Notes under the pieces: model-generated
Database searches by the model: none
Told to the model about the DNA's origin: nothing
Seen by the model: the letters and a program-made list of their open reading frames with translations, nothing else
Origin: Candidatus Limnocylindria bacterium
GTDB taxonomy: Bacteria > Patescibacteriota > Saccharimonadia > Saccharimonadales > JAGQNK01
Assembly (NCBI GenBank): GCA_035489815.1
Contig: DATHJH010000018.1
Coordinates: 3,027 to 67,026, forward strand
Length of the DNA stretch: 64,000 nucleotides
Reading direction: 5' to 3'
Program-made: the position numbers and the translations under genes
In this document: piece after piece, positions 62,425 to 64,000 of the stretch
Layout of the letters: each line of letters begins with the position of its first letter
Numbering within the stretch: position 1 is the stretch's first letter

Positions 62425-62831
62425 AACTGTATGTGACACGGCTCCAAGAAGGCCAAGACTTACTAGCAGGAATAGTTGGGTTTGCGCAAGCAAAAGCACT
62501 GACTTCAGGAGTGGTACTAAGCGCGCCCGGCAGTTTATCCCAAGCTTCTATCCGTACGGCTTTTTCAAGAGACGAAGAGCCGGCAAATCGTAGATATGCC
62601 GGTCCGCTTGAGATTGTTTCTTTGATCGGAACCGTCTCGTCAGATGGAAACCCACACATACACATTTCTTTCTCAGATCGAAACGGCCAAGTTTTTGGCG
62701 GGCATGTAAGTAAAGGGTGCATCGTAGATACTACCGTTGAACTTGTGCTGGGGAATGACTCAAGCCTGAACTTTACCCGTGAACTTGATCCTGCAACCGG
62801 TTTTAATGAATTGAAGGTGAGCGATATTTAG
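62421..62831 (+). CDS. PPC (DUF296) domain DNA-binding protein
   Basis: GPLEIVSLIGTVS...PHIHISFSDRNGQVFGGHV pattern. Inserted between ruvA and ruvB with 4-nt and 0-nt junctions. Confidence 0.75.
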   Translation: MKLYVTRLQEGQDLLAGIVGFAQAKALTSGVVLSAPGSLSQASIRTAFSRDEEPANRRYAGPLEIVSLIGTVSSDGNPHIHISFSDRNGQVFGGHVSKGCIVDTTVELVLGNDSSLNFTRELDPATGFNELKVSDI

Positions 62832-63866
62832 ATGGCGATTGAACGCATTGTAAACACCGGTGCAAGCGACGATGACGACCAGGAAGTAGAGCTGGAGGTT
62901 ACGCTCCGCCCGCGGGATTTTGCTAATTACGTTGGCCAGGAGCGGTTGAAGAAAAATCTGCAACTGGCTATTGCCGCGGCCAAAAAGCGGGGCGAACCGC
63001 TGGACCATGTGCTGCTGCATGGCCCGCCAGGACTCGGCAAGACAACCATGGCCACGGTCATCGCCAACGAAATGGGCGCCAACATCCGGGTGACCTCCGG
63101 CCCGGCCGTAGAACGGGCAGGGGACCTGGCCAGCCTGCTGACTAACCTCCAGGACGGCGACATTTTATTCATTGACGAGATTCACCGCTTGCACCGGGTG
63201 GTAGAGGAAGTGCTGTACAGCGCCATGGAGGATTTCAAACTGGACATTATGCTGGGCAAGGGGCCAAGCGCCCGCAGCTTGCGGCTGGATTTGCCAAAGT
63301 TCACGATTATTGGCGCAACGACCCGCATGGGCGCCCTGGCGGCACCGCTGCGCGACCGGTTTGGCATGACCCACCGGCTGGAATTTTATACGCCGCAGGA
63401 AATACACCAGGTCATAGAACGCGCCGCACAGATTCTGAATGTAAAGATTCATAAAGAAGCAGCAGAAAAGCTGGCCACCCGCGCCCGGCTAACACCGCGT
63501 ATTGCCAACCGCCTGCTCAAACGCGTACGTGACTATGCAGATGTAAACGGCGACGGCATCATTGACCAGGGCATGAGCGAAAAGGCGCTGCTGCTGCTGG
63601 AGGTAGACGAACTGGGGCTGGACCCGGCCGACCGCATGCTGTTGAATGCCATCATTGACAGCTATAACGGCGGCCCGGTGGGCGTGGAAACCATAGCGGC
63701 CCTGACTGCTGAAGAGCGGGGAACCATCGAGGATTTTTACGAACCGTACCTTATGCAGATCGGGTTAATCGAGCGTACGCCACGCGGTCGAAAAGTCACC
63801 CCCAAGGCCTACACGCACTTGGGCAAAACCCAACCTGACTCCACCGGCCAATCTTCGCTCATATAG
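62832..63866 (+). CDS. ruvB: Holliday junction DNA helicase RuvB
   Basis: [13 protein letters not shown], Walker [10 protein letters not shown], Walker [17 protein letters not shown]. Confidence 0.97.
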   Translation: MAIERIVNTGASDDDDQEVELEVTLRPRDFANYVGQERLKKNLQLAIAAAKKRGEPLDHVLLHGPPGLGKTTMATVIANEMGANIRVTSGPAVERAGDLASLLTNLQDGDILFIDEIHRLHRVVEEVLYSAMEDFKLDIMLGKGPSARSLRLDLPKFTIIGATTRMGALAAPLRDRFGMTHRLEFYTPQEIHQVIERAAQILNVKIHKEAAEKLATRARLTPRIANRLLKRVRDYADVNGDGIIDQGMSEKALLLLEVDELGLDPADRMLLNAIIDSYNGGPVGVETIAALTAEERGTIEDFYEPYLMQIGLIERTPRGRKVTPKAYTHLGKTQPDSTGQSSLI

Positions 63867-63887
63867 ATAGGGTATAATAGGCTACGA

Positions 63888-64000
63888 ATGCATACGATGG
63901 ACCCCAAACAATTGTCGCCGAGCGCCCGGAAGGCCTTTGGGCTGATCGAGCTTGATGCCGATGAAAAACTGCTGTTTGAGGTGCGCAAGCACTGGTGGGG
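63888..64000 (+). CDS. Partial ORF, bPH_2/YdbS-like PH-domain protein N-terminus (runs off the window)
   Basis: Translates as MHTMDPKQLSPSARKAFGLIELDADEKLLFEVRKHWW. TATAAT lies at 63873-63878. Confidence 0.4.
   Translation, partial: MHTMDPKQLSPSARKAFGLIELDADEKLLFEVRKHWW

Noticed and set aside
1-64000. CRISPR arrays, rRNA genes, additional tRNA genes
   Set aside because: I saw no regularly spaced direct repeats with unique spacers and no rRNA-like conserved blocks. Apart from tRNA-Lys, only fragments of that same tRNA were found.
1-64000. Alternative genetic code (UGA as sense, as in some CPR lineages)
   Set aside because: TGA terminates well-conserved proteins at their expected C-termini, for example ruvA, the PHP-ATPase gene and the first VirB4 ORF via ATGA overlaps. 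Conserved genes contain no in-frame TGA.

Overview
This 64-kb window comes from a compact, tightly packed bacterial genome that uses the standard code (TGA is used as a stop). The gene content includes dnaK/dnaJ, rimK, comEC, ruvC-ruvA-ruvB, a Gram-positive/CPR-style type IV secretion cluster and many small membrane ORFs. That mix suggests a Patescibacteria/Saccharibacteria-like organism, but this is inference only. The layout has three parts. (i) 1-19.1 kb is core-like and higher in GC: dnaK, an NYN gene, dnaJ, a GGDEF gene, the rimK operon, a UbiA prenyltransferase, an ABC-2 exporter, NUDIX and NADAR genes and surface proteins, with unusually long palindromic elements in the intergenic regions. 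(ii) About 19.2-53.4 kb is a composite genomic island abutting tRNA-Lys(UUU) at 53337-53413 (minus strand). It has two tandem modules, and each ends in a large serine recombinase whose 3' end runs into a copy of the tRNA 3'-end core TGGAGGGC(CCA...). Module A (about 7 kb) carries an AAA_14/DUF4143 ATPase, a nucleotidyltransferase and a membrane-protein operon. Module B (about 27 kb) is ICE-like. It carries a PLD nuclease, an XRE regulator, a frameshifted radC, a T4SS operon (pilin, VirB6-like, split VirB4, CHAP hydrolase, coupling ATPase), DUF3768, a replication-relaxation-like gene and a palindrome-rich oriT/switch-like region. (iii) 53.4-64 kb is core again: comEC, a serine hydrolase, yebC, NUDIX, an LTD surface protein and ruvCAB, with a RAYT/IS200-like Y1 transposase gene flanked by 24-bp direct repeats between ruvC and ruvA. 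The best candidate for a novel system is an AT-richer, translationally coupled gene pair at 28577-32724. It combines a PHP-phosphoesterase fused to a Rad50/SMC-like ABC ATPase with a DUF2130-like coiled-coil protein that has a PD-(D/E)xK-like C-terminus. No CRISPR array or rRNA gene was seen. All family assignments come from motif recognition by eye and need HMM or structure confirmation.
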